Positions 31,458-44,197 of a DNA stretch of 64,000 nt are shown here, piece after piece (the stretch's first letter is position 1; each line of letters starts with the position of its first letter). The DNA is from Deltaproteobacteria bacterium (lineage in GTDB: Bacteria > Myxococcota_A > Polyangia > Polyangiales > Houyiibacteriaceae): positions 32,001-96,000 of the forward strand of contig JAXMNT010000004.1 of assembly GCA_034670305.1 (NCBI GenBank), given 5' to 3'. Under the pieces are notes generated by a model that was given only the letters and a program-made list of their open reading frames with translations, did no database searches and was not told the DNA's origin. Position numbers and translations under genes: made by a program.

Positions 31458-33041
31458 ATGCCCACGGTGAAGGTTCTCGTCTCGGACAAGTTGAGCGAGG
31501 CGGGTCTGCAGGTTCTTCGCGAGGCCTCGGACGTCGAGGTCGAAGTCAAGACGGGCCTGTCGGAAGACGAGCTCTGTGCCCTCATCGGCGAGTTCGATGG
31601 TCTGATCATCCGCAGCGGCACCACGGTCACACCGAAGGTGCTCGAGGCCGCGCATGCCCTGAAGTGTGTGGGCCGCGCGGGCATCGGCGTGGACAACGTC
31701 GACCTGGTCGCCGCCAGCAAGAAGGGCGTGGTCGTCATGAACACGCCCCTCGGCAACGCCGTGACGACGGCGGAGCATGCGCTCTCGCTGCTCTCTTCCC
31801 TCGCCCGGAACATTCCGCAGGCCAACGCCGCCATGAAGGCCGGCCAGTGGGAGAAGAAGAAGTACGGCCAGGGCGTCGAGAAGTGGCAAAAGACGCTCGG
31901 CATCGTCGGGCTCGGCAACATCGGCAAGATCGTCGCGGACCGTGCCCAGGGTCTGAAGATGAAGGTCATCGCCGCCGACCCGGTCCTCTCGGAAGAAGAA
32001 GCCGAACGGCTCGGCGTGGAGCTCGTCTCGTTCGAGAGCTTGCTCGACCGCAGCGACTTCGTCTCGATTCACGCGCCGCTCGTGCCAAGCACGAAGCACC
32101 TCTTCAACGACGCGGCCTTCGACCGCATGAAGAACAGCGCGCTGCTCGTCCAGTGCGCGCGCGGCGGCATCGTCGACGAAGCCGCGCTCGTGCGTGCACT
32201 CAACGAAGGCAAGATCGCAGGCGCCGCGGTCGACGTGTTCGAGTCGGAGCCCATGGACCCGGCGCACCCGCTCACCAAGTGCGACAACTGCATCCTGACG
32301 CCGCACCTCGGCGCGTCGACCATCGAAGCCCAGGAGCGGGTCGGCGTGCAAATCGCGCATCAGATCGTCGCGTTCCTCAAGCAAGGCACCATCGCCAACG
32401 GCGTCAACGTGCCGTCGCTCGGTGGCGAAGCCGCTGCCCGCGTCGCGCCGCATCTCGAGCTCGCACGCCGGCTCGGCCGACTGCTCGCGCAGCTCGCCGA
32501 CGGTGCCCGCGAGATCCGAGTCACGGCCCACGGCCCGCTCGCGGATCTCGTCAAACCGCTCGGCCAAGAAGCGCTCGCCGGATTCCTCGAAGTCCACCTC
32601 GGCGAACCGGTCAACCCGCTCAGCGCGCCCTACGAAGCCAAGGAACGCGACATCAAGCTCAGCCTCGTCAGCGAACCGGACGACGACCTCCCCGTGGTCC
32701 GCGTGGTCGTCAACGACGGCGAAGGCATCCACACCGCCACCGGGCGCAAGAGCCGCGGCGGCGGGCTGCGTCTCGTCGGCCTCGAAGGCTACGAAATGGA
32801 CGCGGTGCTCCAGGGCCACGCGCTCGTGGTGCGCAACGACGACCGCCCGGGCGTCATCGGCGTACTCGGCACGGTGCTGGGCAAACACGGGCTCAACGTC
32901 TCCCGCTTGCAGGTCGGACTCGACGACGAGACCGGCAAGGCGCTCGCGGTCTGGAACCTCGCGGGCGAAGCGCCGGCCGCGGTCCTCGAAGAACTTCGCG
33001 CCATCGAACACGTCGAGTCGGTCGACTACGTCGTGATCTGA
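31458..33041 (+). CDS. serA: D-3-phosphoglycerate dehydrogenase
   Basis: GRAGIGVDNVD, GLGNIG, ARGGIVDE and TPHLGAST motifs; C-terminal ACT domain (DRPGVIG). Confidence 0.95.
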   Translation: MPTVKVLVSDKLSEAGLQVLREASDVEVEVKTGLSEDELCALIGEFDGLIIRSGTTVTPKVLEAAHALKCVGRAGIGVDNVDLVAASKKGVVVMNTPLGNAVTTAEHALSLLSSLARNIPQANAAMKAGQWEKKKYGQGVEKWQKTLGIVGLGNIGKIVADRAQGLKMKVIAADPVLSEEEAERLGVELVSFESLLDRSDFVSIHAPLVPSTKHLFNDAAFDRMKNSALLVQCARGGIVDEAALVRALNEGKIAGAAVDVFESEPMDPAHPLTKCDNCILTPHLGASTIEAQERVGVQIAHQIVAFLKQGTIANGVNVPSLGGEAAARVAPHLELARRLGRLLAQLADGAREIRVTAHGPLADLVKPLGQEALAGFLEVHLGEPVNPLSAPYEAKERDIKLSLVSEPDDDLPVVRVVVNDGEGIHTATGRKSRGGGLRLVGLEGYEMDAVLQGHALVVRNDDRPGVIGVLGTVLGKHGLNVSRLQVGLDDETGKALAVWNLAGEAPAAVLEELRAIEHVESVDYVVI

Positions 33042-33063
33042 GAGCCAAACCTTGCGACGAGAA

Positions 33064-35612
<2,549 letters not shown>

Positions 35613-35697
35613 ATTCGGAAATGCGATGGCACCCCGGTCGTGCCGACGCACACGTCGGGGCCTTGCGGGGGCGGGACGGAGCCGGCATGAGCAGCGG

Positions 35698-36498
35698 ATG
35701 ACTCAGTCGGGGGATCGGGACGCCGCACGCGGCCAGTACCGCACAACGCAGACCGAGTGGTCGCGTGTGCCGAAGTACGTACGTTTTCGTTACCAGCGCG
35801 CGCTCGAGCGCCTGCCGGCATCCGGGACCGTGATCGAGCTCGGAGCAGGCATCGGGGTGGGGCTGGCACACCTCGCGCGCAGCCGGCCGGATCTTCGTTT
35901 CCGCGGCTTCGAGATGAGCGACGGAGCGGTCGCCTACGGCAACGAACACTTTGGGGACATCTCGAACTTGTCGCTCGAGGTGCTTCCCGACATGCCGAGT
36001 CTCGCCAAAACACTCGCGCGGGCTCGCCATCCCGATCAGGGCTTCACGCTGGTGGCGCTCGAGGTCCTCGAGCACCTCGACAACGCGACACTGGATGTAT
36101 TTCGCCGCGACGTGATGGCACACGTGGACCAGGTGATCTTCTCGTTCCCGTACATGCAGCAGAACATCGAAGGCACCGACCACCTGCAGAGCTTCGACCT
36201 CTACGACATCTTCGAGATCTTCCCGGGCTTCGAGACGATCTTCCTGCGCCGCCACTCGATCAAGCTGATCGGCCACTGGCACAGGGAAGACCGCAGCTTC
36301 GTGCGCGAGTGCCTGGGGGTCGCCGGCGAAGACAAGGCCATCGAAGCGATCGCCAACCTCGACGCGCCACACGGCGCCGGTGCGATTCCTGCAGGTTCTG
36401 CCCTGAAGGATTCATGGACAGACATCCAGGCACGGGCCAAAGCAGGCCGCAAGGGACTCCGCAAGGTATGGAAGGCGTTCCGAAAAAAGACGCCGTGA
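35698..36498 (+). CDS. Class I SAM-dependent methyltransferase
   Basis: VIELGAGIG and LEVLEHL motifs; start uncertain. Confidence 0.75.
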   Translation: MTQSGDRDAARGQYRTTQTEWSRVPKYVRFRYQRALERLPASGTVIELGAGIGVGLAHLARSRPDLRFRGFEMSDGAVAYGNEHFGDISNLSLEVLPDMPSLAKTLARARHPDQGFTLVALEVLEHLDNATLDVFRRDVMAHVDQVIFSFPYMQQNIEGTDHLQSFDLYDIFEIFPGFETIFLRRHSIKLIGHWHREDRSFVRECLGVAGEDKAIEAIANLDAPHGAGAIPAGSALKDSWTDIQARAKAGRKGLRKVWKAFRKKTP

Positions 36499-37502
36499 TC
36501 GGCGACCGCTCCACCCACGGGGAAGGCGGGTCCCTCGTCGTCAACCACGTGCTCTCGAGCGAGACCCAGTCCGCGATCTTCAACGCGATCTTCGGGTACT
36601 TCCGTCGGTACGTGCCGGCCGGCATCACGATCGAAGTCAGCGAACGGCCGCTCCCGCACGCCGCGGTGCACCACTTCCACCGGCCGCACCTCGAGTCCGA
36701 CTTGGGCGATCGCGCGGTGGTCACCGTGCACCACGATCTGGGCGAGCGGGACCCGTGGCTCGCCCTCTCGAAGTTTCTCCCGCGCTACCGGCAAGCCCAA
36801 TGCGTCGTCTGCTTGAACGAGGGCCAGCGCCGCAGGCTCGGGGTCGAAGGCATCGAGAAGACGACGGTCATCCCGCATGGCTACGCAGGGGATCTGTTCC
36901 GGCCCCGGGCGGGGCGTGCGGAGACTCGGCCGGATGGCGACGCACGCACCTGGCTCGGCATCGTCAGCCGGCGGTACGCGCGCCGAGTCAAAGGCGAGGC
37001 GTACTTGCATGAGCTCGTGTGCCACCTCGACAACGAACGGTTCGCGTTCGTGCTCGTCGGGGAAGGTCGGCATCACACGGCGGAGCACCTCGCGTCGCTC
37101 GGTTTCCAGACGCGCGTCTTCCAGTACCTGCCCTACCGGCTGTTCCAGTCGCTCTACGAGGCGATGGACTACCTGCTGGTCACCAGCAACTTCGAGGGCG
37201 GGCCGGCGAACTTGCCCGAAGCGATCGCCACCCACACACCCGTGATCACGACGCCGGTCGGGTTCGCGCCCGACTTCCTCAACGATGGGGTGAGCGGCTT
37301 GCTCTTGACCGGCGACCCGGACCTGGACGCCGAACGCATCGCGACGCTCGCGGACCCGCACAGCACGCTCGCCCGCACCCTGCGCGACAACGCGCCGGCG
37401 CTTCGTGACCGAATCCCGACTTGGCGCGACGTGGTGACCCGACATCTCGAGGCGTACGAGCCGCTGCTCGAACGGGCGCGTGCGGAGGGAGTGCGGACGT
37501 GA
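36495..37502 (+). CDS. Glycosyltransferase, GT4-like
   Basis: VIPHG, KG, SNFEGGPANLPEA and PVITTPVG motifs; GTGA overlap. Confidence 0.85.
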   Translation: MIGDRSTHGEGGSLVVNHVLSSETQSAIFNAIFGYFRRYVPAGITIEVSERPLPHAAVHHFHRPHLESDLGDRAVVTVHHDLGERDPWLALSKFLPRYRQAQCVVCLNEGQRRRLGVEGIEKTTVIPHGYAGDLFRPRAGRAETRPDGDARTWLGIVSRRYARRVKGEAYLHELVCHLDNERFAFVLVGEGRHHTAEHLASLGFQTRVFQYLPYRLFQSLYEAMDYLLVTSNFEGGPANLPEAIATHTPVITTPVGFAPDFLNDGVSGLLLTGDPDLDAERIATLADPHSTLARTLRDNAPALRDRIPTWRDVVTRHLEAYEPLLERARAEGVRT

Positions 37503-39007
37503 GCTACGACTTTCTCTTCGCCGACGACCTCCACATCCACCGGCGCAACTTCGCCCCGCTCTACCGATACGTCGACACGCGGCAGGTGCCGCTCACGATT
37601 CACGGCACCCTCGAACCGCTCAAGCGCGCGGCCGGCGATCTGCAATCGCTCCGCGAACTTCCGGCGCTGCGTCGTCATCGAACACGGCTCGCTGCGTGCG
37701 CACCCGCAGAGCTGTTCGACCTCGAACACGACGGCTTGCGGCTGCGTCCGCTCTGCGTGGCGGAGACACTCTGCTTGTCGCTCGCGACCCGCAGTCACTG
37801 GCACGACGAGCCGGTCCGCGCAGGGGACGACGCCGCGATCTTCGCGCGCCTCGTCGAACGCGAACGCGAGGTGCTGCTGGACAACATGGCCGCCGCCTGC
37901 CTGTGGATCGATGAGTGGCGACGGGTGCTCCGCGCCCGGCAGCCCACGTTCACGCACGCGTTCGTGTTCAGCGGATCGATGACCTACGGACGGGTGCTCC
38001 TCGAACTCTGCCGGTTCGACCGGACCCGTGCATTCGTCCTCGAGTCCACGTTCACGGGCAAAGAGTTTTACGTCGAAGAGCGCCACACGCCGATCGCCAA
38101 CCGCTCGCAAATACGGCACGCAACGGTGCGCCGGAGCAAACGGCTCCCCGATTCGCCAGAGCAACAGGTGCGCGACCAGGCCAAGGCCATCCAACGTCTG
38201 TTCGCGGCGGAGAACAAGAACGTCACGCAGCCCGACGAAGCCGACCTGCCGCGGTTCGCCCAGCCCGAACGCCCGACGCTTCTTGTGGTCGGACAGGTCG
38301 TCAACGACTACTCGTTGATCGAACAGCGCCGCGGCGCGCTCTCGTCGATCGCGTTCTACGAAGCACTGATCGCGCGGGTCCTTCGCGACACGAACTACAA
38401 CGTCCTCTTCAAGGGCCATCCTTGGGAAGAACGAAAGGTTCATCTGCAGCGACCGTTCACCCGAGAGCGACTCCAGGCGTTCGCGGGGACGCTGGATACC
38501 CCGCACGCGGCCCGCTTCGCGATCCGGGACCACGACAACTTGATCGCGCTTGGCCACGCCTCCGACCGCGTGGCGTTGCTCAGCTCGCAGGCCGGCATCG
38601 AACTCGCCTTCTACGAGGGCCTGCGCCCCAGCACCTTCGGTACGCCCTACTACGGCGAGGCCGGGTTCACGGATGCGTTCGACCCGCACGACCTCGATCC
38701 GTTCATCGATGCGTGTCTTTCGAACCCGCGGGCGGAGCTCGACCTCGACGGCTACGAAGCGTTGCTCGACTTCTTGCAGCGCTTCCTCCAGCACCACGCC
38801 GTCACCGAACGCAACAGCGGGCTCGGACAGATCGCGCGCATCGTGGAGGCGTCGGCGGAGATCGGGGCCCCGCCACCGCGCGGGGGTCCGCCGAAAGACC
38901 AGAGCTTGCCCGCACGCACGAGGCGCAAGCTGCGCAAGCTCCGACGCGACCCGCGGGCATTCTTCCTGGACGCAAAGCTCGTCAAGGCCCTGCAAAGACG
39001 CGGCTGA
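37499..39007 (+). CDS. Capsule polysaccharide biosynthesis protein (KpsS/KpsC-like)
   Basis: GQVVNDYS, FKGHP, SSQAGIE and GTPYYG..GFT resemble the QxxxD/HP/NS.VG.E motifs of this family; GTGA overlap. Confidence 0.7.
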   Translation: MSYDFLFADDLHIHRRNFAPLYRYVDTRQVPLTIHGTLEPLKRAAGDLQSLRELPALRRHRTRLAACAPAELFDLEHDGLRLRPLCVAETLCLSLATRSHWHDEPVRAGDDAAIFARLVEREREVLLDNMAAACLWIDEWRRVLRARQPTFTHAFVFSGSMTYGRVLLELCRFDRTRAFVLESTFTGKEFYVEERHTPIANRSQIRHATVRRSKRLPDSPEQQVRDQAKAIQRLFAAENKNVTQPDEADLPRFAQPERPTLLVVGQVVNDYSLIEQRRGALSSIAFYEALIARVLRDTNYNVLFKGHPWEERKVHLQRPFTRERLQAFAGTLDTPHAARFAIRDHDNLIALGHASDRVALLSSQAGIELAFYEGLRPSTFGTPYYGEAGFTDAFDPHDLDPFIDACLSNPRAELDLDGYEALLDFLQRFLQHHAVTERNSGLGQIARIVEASAEIGAPPPRGGPPKDQSLPARTRRKLRKLRRDPRAFFLDAKLVKALQRRG

Positions 39008-39092
39008 ACCGGAAGCCCTCCACCCGTGGCGAAGCGGACGGGAGGGGCTCGAACCACTGGCGCCGGGTTCCCAGATGCGCTGTAGTCGCGGC

Positions 39093-39482
39093 ATGAAACG
39101 CAGTGTTGTCTCGACCCCGCATGCGCCGGCCGCCATCGGCGCCTACTCGCAGGCCGTCCGCGCCGGCGACCTGCTCTTCTGCTCTGGTCAGATCCCGCTC
39201 GACCCCGCGACGGGCGACCTGGTGATGGACGACATCGCGGCGCAGACGAAGCAGTCGATGCAGAACCTCGGCGCCGTCCTCGAGGCGGGCGGGAGCGGTT
39301 GGGCCAAGGTGGTGAAGGTCTCGATCTTTCTCACCTCGATGTCCGACTTCGCCGCCGTCAACGCGGTCTACGCGACGTACTTCGAAGGGCTCGAGCCGCC
39401 GGCGCGCGCGTGCGTGGCGGTGAAGGAACTGCCGAAGGGCGTCGACGTCGAGATCGAGTGCATCGCGATCTGCGAAGGGTGA
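39093..39482 (+). CDS. ridA: RidA/YjgF enamine deaminase
   Basis: APAAIGAYSQAV, SGQIPLDP, PARACV and LPKGVDVEIE motifs. Confidence 0.93.
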   Translation: MKRSVVSTPHAPAAIGAYSQAVRAGDLLFCSGQIPLDPATGDLVMDDIAAQTKQSMQNLGAVLEAGGSGWAKVVKVSIFLTSMSDFAAVNAVYATYFEGLEPPARACVAVKELPKGVDVEIECIAICEG

Positions 39483-39486
39483 ACCA

Positions 39487-40257
39487 GTGAAGCTGGTCAC
39501 CTGGAACATCAACTCGGTCCGCGCGCGCGAGCAGCGGCTCCTCGAGTGGCTCACGAAGCATCAACCGGATGTGATCTGTCTGCAGGAGCTCAAGGTCACC
39601 GACGATCTCTTCCCGCGCGACAAGGTCGAAGCGCTTGGCTACCAGGTCGCGACGCACGGGCAGAAGACCTACAACGGGGTGGCGATTCTCAGCCGCACCC
39701 CGCTGGAAGACGTCCGCATCGGGCTCGGCGACGACGTGGAGGACGACCACGCGCGACTCATCAGCGCGAAGGTCGAGGGCATCCGCGTGATCTGCGGGTA
39801 CTTCCCGAACGGCGGGGACATGAGCTCGGACAAGTACGTCTACAAGCTGCGCTGGTTCGAGCGGCTGCGCGCGCACCTGGACCGCAACTTCTCCAAGGAC
39901 GAACCACTCGCGCTGCTCGGCGACTACAACGTGGCGACGTTCGGAGACGACATCGCGCGCCCCGAGGAGCTGGAAGGCACCGTCCTGGCGAACCCGGAGA
40001 TCCGGGAGGCGCTCGCACGCATTCGGGACTTCGGCCTCAGCGACGTGTTCCGCCCCTTCCATCCGCGCGGCGGCGTCTACACCTGGTGGGACTACCGCGG
40101 GATGGGCTTCGAGCGCGGCAACGGCATGCGCATCGACCACCACTACTACACCGCGTGCCTCGCCAAGCGGGTGATCGGCGCCGCCGTGGACCGCAAAGAG
40201 CGGGAAGGCAAAGGCGCCTCGGACCACGCGCCGGTGCTGGTGGAGATCCAGCACTGA
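39487..40257 (+). CDS. xth: Exodeoxyribonuclease III
   Basis: TWNINS, LQELK, YNGVAI, GDYN, YTWWDYR, RIDH and SDHAPV motifs. Confidence 0.96.
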   Translation: MKLVTWNINSVRAREQRLLEWLTKHQPDVICLQELKVTDDLFPRDKVEALGYQVATHGQKTYNGVAILSRTPLEDVRIGLGDDVEDDHARLISAKVEGIRVICGYFPNGGDMSSDKYVYKLRWFERLRAHLDRNFSKDEPLALLGDYNVATFGDDIARPEELEGTVLANPEIREALARIRDFGLSDVFRPFHPRGGVYTWWDYRGMGFERGNGMRIDHHYYTACLAKRVIGAAVDRKEREGKGASDHAPVLVEIQH

Positions 40258-40289
40258 ACACGTTGCCCGACTCGGAAGTCGCGGCGCCG

Positions 40290-41006
40290 ATGCTGGTCGC
40301 CGTGCTCTTCGCGTGGCTGCTGCCGAAGTCGCTCGCGTGGGTGCTGCGGGCGGCCAAACTCGACGGACTGCGGGTGCGGGTCGCCGCTGGCGTTCCGCTG
40401 GTGGTCGGAGGCGCGCTCCTCGGCCTGCGCATGCTGGGACCGGTGGTGGTGAACGCGCCCTACGGCGTCGCCTCCTGGGCGGCGTTGGTGGGGGTGGCTG
40501 CTTTCACCGCTGCGATGTGGATCCGGGCGACCAAGGAAGAGAAGAACCCGGCAACCGACAATGCAGTCGCGGTGTTCACCGCCGTGCTCATCGGCGGTCT
40601 CGGGTTCGCGGTCCCGGTCGCGAGCGACGTGCTGACCCGGCGTCCCGAGAGTGCGGAGGCCGGCTGGTGGCGGATGCGTTTCGTGCCCTGGGACGGCGAC
40701 GCGCTGATGGAGGTGGCTTGGAGTGCGCGGCATCGCGACGACCTACGGGTGGCCGAACTCCGGCTCGAACTCGCCCGGCGCGCCGACGCAGCCGAGTGGG
40801 AGGCGCTTCAGCTGCAGGCGGAGCTCTTCGCAGCCGCGGGCGCCTGCGAAGAGGCGCGGGCCACCTTCGACCTGAGCCAACGGGCCCGGGCGGAGGAGGC
40901 GCTGCTTCGAAACGAATCCCTGCAGCTCGGTGGGTGGGCGCTGCTGCCGGCCTTGGTCGGCGAGTGCGGTGTCCGCCCCCCCGAAGAGCTCCTCGACTTC
41001 GAATAG
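40290..41006 (+). CDS. Hypothetical membrane protein with TPR-like C-terminus
   Basis: Four hydrophobic helices followed by a helical region; start uncertain. Confidence 0.55.
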   Translation: MLVAVLFAWLLPKSLAWVLRAAKLDGLRVRVAAGVPLVVGGALLGLRMLGPVVVNAPYGVASWAALVGVAAFTAAMWIRATKEEKNPATDNAVAVFTAVLIGGLGFAVPVASDVLTRRPESAEAGWWRMRFVPWDGDALMEVAWSARHRDDLRVAELRLELARRADAAEWEALQLQAELFAAAGACEEARATFDLSQRARAEEALLRNESLQLGGWALLPALVGECGVRPPEELLDFE

Positions 41007-41166
41007 GGTTGGGCGGCGAGCACGTGGAGGTGGGACGGGCGCGAGCGTAGGGCCGCCAGTCTCGCGAAGCGAGCCAGGCCCGTCGGGGAAACAAGCCAGT
41101 GAACCCCCTTCACTCTTTCTGCGCAGTCTCACGGCTCGATCGCCATCCCGCTGCTAGGCCTCATGG

Positions 41167-43215
41167 ATGAAGTTGCTTTGGGGGTTGGCCGTCATCGGCC
41201 TGGTTGGACTGATGGGCTGTGGCGACGGGACACCGGCCTCGCTCTGCGCGGACGTGGCGTGCGGCATCGCGGGCACCACGTGCGATGAAACGGACGGGCT
41301 CTGCCACTGCGGCAGCGCGGGGCCCATCTGCGAAGGCGACCAGGTGTGCGAGCCGGAGCGGCTGGCCTGTGAGGCGCCCTTCCCCGCGGCGGTCTGCAAC
41401 GACGGGAGCCGGTTCGTCGCGGGCACCTCCGCCTTCCGCGAGGCGACCGACGACTGGGGGCTGCGCGACGTGGTGGGCGTCCGGCTGAACGTCACCGACA
41501 TCGACGGGGACGGCTACGGCGATCTCATGGTCCGCCGCGGCGCCGGTCGACCGGACGAGCTCGGCGCGGACGGCGTGCGCCGGACGTGGCTGCTTCGCAA
41601 CCGCGGGGCGGCGGGTGGCTTCGAGGACGTGACGGTCTCGAGTGGCATCCTCACGCTTCGGACCCCGGCCGCCGACATGGGCCGGCCGGTGGAGATCGCG
41701 GCGTTCGCGGACGTGGACTCCGACGGCGACGTGGACGCCTACCTCGCGATGAACACCGTCGACCCGATGTTCACGCTCGGAGAGCACAGCGAGATCCTGC
41801 TCAACGACGGCACCGGCCACTTCGTGCTCGGGCCGCAGAGCGACCTGAACTCCATGGACCGCCCGGACGTGCCCGCGGGCGCTTCGTTCATCGATGTGGA
41901 CCGCGACGGCCACGTGGACCTCTGGGTGCCGCAGCACAACTACGAGAACGACCGCGGCATGCTGACCTTCAGCCAGGACCGGCTCTTTCGCGGCGACGGC
42001 ACCGGGGCCTTCACGGACGTGACCGAAGCCTACGGATTGACCACGCTCGAATGGCGCGGGTTCATCGATCTCAACGAAGGGCTCTCCCACACCCGCGCGT
42101 GGGGCGCGCTCGCGCGCGACCTCAACGGGGACGGAGTGCCGGAGCTCTTGGCGCCGAGCTACGGCCGCTCGCCGAACCATCTCTGGCGCGGTGCGTTCGA
42201 CGCGGACGGCACCTACTTTGTCAACGAGTCGGTCGCGAGCGGCTACGCGTTCGACGAAGACCAGTCCTGGGAGGACAACCAGTTCGCGCGCTGTTACTGC
42301 GAGGCGAACCGCGAGGCCGAAGGCTGCGCCGACGTGCCACGGTCGTCGCTGCGGTGCTCCAACAACTGGAGTCACGATCAGGACCGACAGCCGTTCCGCC
42401 TCGGCGGCAACAGCGGCGCGACCTCTGCGGGCGACGTCGACAACGACGGAGACCTCGATCTCTTCACCGGCGAGATCAAACACTGGTGGGCGGGCAACGG
42501 CTCCGACGGCAGCGAACTGCTGCTGAACGACGGTGCGCTGCACTTCGTGCGACCGGGCGACGCGGCGATGGGGCTCGAAGCCGATCACCTCGACCGCTCG
42601 GACTGGGACGAGGGGCACATGACCAACGCGCTCCTGGACTTCGACAACGATGGGCGACTCGACGTGTACGTCGGCGCGAGCGACTACCCGGGCAACCGTG
42701 GGCAGCTCTTCCACCAGAGCAGCCCGATGAACTTCACCCAGCTGACGACCAGCGAGTTCTTCGAGCACAACCGCAGCCACGGCGTCGTCGTGCTCGACGT
42801 GGACCGGGACGGCGACCTCGACATCGTGGTCGGGCACTCCCGCGCCCGCTGCGAAGCCTCGCTCCCGAACGACTGCTACGAGACCAGCCAAGTCCGGGCC
42901 TTCGAGAACATCATGGCGCCCGGCAACTGGCTGCAGCTCGACCTGGTCGGGGGCGAAGGCTCCAACGGCGCGGCCATCGGCGCGCAAGCCACCGTGCGCT
43001 ACGGCGACCTTCAGCAGGTGCTCGAGGTCGACGGTGGACACGGCCACTACGGCTCGCAGAGCGACCACACGCTCCACGTCGGACTCGGGGGGGCGTGCGA
43101 AGCGGAGGTCAGCATTCGCTGGCCGGACGCGGAAGGCACGACCGAGACCTACACGCTCCCAGCGGGCCACCGGTTCCGCATCGTGCAAGGACAGCGCCCC
43201 GCCGTCGCCCCGTAA
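41167..43215 (+). CDS. CRTAC1/ASPIC-UnbV family FG-GAP repeat lipoprotein
   Basis: LMGC lipobox, multiple DxDxDGxxD repeats, C-terminal AIGA.....HVGLG...IRWP. Confidence 0.88.
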   Translation: MKLLWGLAVIGLVGLMGCGDGTPASLCADVACGIAGTTCDETDGLCHCGSAGPICEGDQVCEPERLACEAPFPAAVCNDGSRFVAGTSAFREATDDWGLRDVVGVRLNVTDIDGDGYGDLMVRRGAGRPDELGADGVRRTWLLRNRGAAGGFEDVTVSSGILTLRTPAADMGRPVEIAAFADVDSDGDVDAYLAMNTVDPMFTLGEHSEILLNDGTGHFVLGPQSDLNSMDRPDVPAGASFIDVDRDGHVDLWVPQHNYENDRGMLTFSQDRLFRGDGTGAFTDVTEAYGLTTLEWRGFIDLNEGLSHTRAWGALARDLNGDGVPELLAPSYGRSPNHLWRGAFDADGTYFVNESVASGYAFDEDQSWEDNQFARCYCEANREAEGCADVPRSSLRCSNNWSHDQDRQPFRLGGNSGATSAGDVDNDGDLDLFTGEIKHWWAGNGSDGSELLLNDGALHFVRPGDAAMGLEADHLDRSDWDEGHMTNALLDFDNDGRLDVYVGASDYPGNRGQLFHQSSPMNFTQLTTSEFFEHNRSHGVVVLDVDRDGDLDIVVGHSRARCEASLPNDCYETSQVRAFENIMAPGNWLQLDLVGGEGSNGAAIGAQATVRYGDLQQVLEVDGGHGHYGSQSDHTLHVGLGGACEAEVSIRWPDAEGTTETYTLPAGHRFRIVQGQRPAVAP

Positions 43216-43251
43216 GGCCAAAGGCCGAGCAGCGCCCCGTGCGCACCCTCG

Positions 43252-43280
43252 TTGACGCGACCGGAGCGGGTTGGTACGTG
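43252..43280 (+). promoter_or_regulatory. Putative promoter of the hbd operon
   Basis: TTGACG-17 nt-TACGTG, with a GAGG Shine-Dalgarno downstream. Confidence 0.4.
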
Positions 43281-43303
43281 CGCCCTCGAAGAAGAGGTGT
43301 CTC

Positions 43304-44197
43304 ATGGCGGAAATCCGCGTGTTCGGTGTGATCGGTGCAGGGCAGATGGGTCAGGGCATCGCGTGGGTCGCGGCGCTGGCCGGCTACGACGTGAAGTTGC
43401 TCGACGCGAAGGCGGACGTCGCGACCAAAGGCAAGGAACGCATCGCCAAGGGGATGCAGCGCTCGGTCGACAAGGAGCGCCTTGCCGCCGGTGACCGGGA
43501 TGCCGCGCTGGCCCGCATCGAACCGACCTCGGACTACGCCGCGCTCGCCCAAGCCGACATCGTCGTCGAAGCCGCCACCGAGAACATCGAGATCAAGAAG
43601 ATCATCTTCAAGGCCGCCGACGAAGCGATGCAGAAGCCGGAAGGCATTCTCGCGAGCAACACCTCCAGCATCTCGTTGACCAAACTCGCGGCGGTCACCG
43701 GCCGCCCGGAGCGGGTGGTCGGCATGCACTTCATGAACCCGGTCCCGATGATGAAGCTCGTCGAGATCGTGCGCGCGCTCCAGACGAGCGACGACACGTA
43801 TGAGACGACCTGCACCGTCAGCAAGGCGCTCGGCAAGACGCTCGTCACGACGAAAGACATGCCGGGGTTCATCGTGAACCGAATGCTGATCCCCTTCCTC
43901 AACGAAGCGTGCTTCGCGCTCCAGGAAGGCCTCGGCACCGTGGTCGACATCGACACGGCGGGGCGGCTCGGGCTGAACCACCCGATGGGACCGTTTGAAC
44001 TCGCCGACCTCATCGGCCTCGACACGGTGCTCTACATCGGCGAGGTCCTTCAGCGGGAGTTCGGCGACGACAAGTACCGCCCGCCCGCCATCCTGCGGAA
44101 CTACGTCGCTGCCGGGTGGCTTGGTCGCAAGACGCGGCGCGGCTTCTACCACTACGACGAGCGTGGCCAGAAGGTCATGAGCACGGAGACCACCTGA
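43304..44197 (+). CDS. hbd: 3-hydroxybutyryl-CoA dehydrogenase
   Basis: GAGQMG, SNTSSI, GMHFMNPVP, PGFIVNR and HPMGP motifs. Confidence 0.9.
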   Translation: MAEIRVFGVIGAGQMGQGIAWVAALAGYDVKLLDAKADVATKGKERIAKGMQRSVDKERLAAGDRDAALARIEPTSDYAALAQADIVVEAATENIEIKKIIFKAADEAMQKPEGILASNTSSISLTKLAAVTGRPERVVGMHFMNPVPMMKLVEIVRALQTSDDTYETTCTVSKALGKTLVTTKDMPGFIVNRMLIPFLNEACFALQEGLGTVVDIDTAGRLGLNHPMGPFELADLIGLDTVLYIGEVLQREFGDDKYRPPAILRNYVAAGWLGRKTRRGFYHYDERGQKVMSTETT

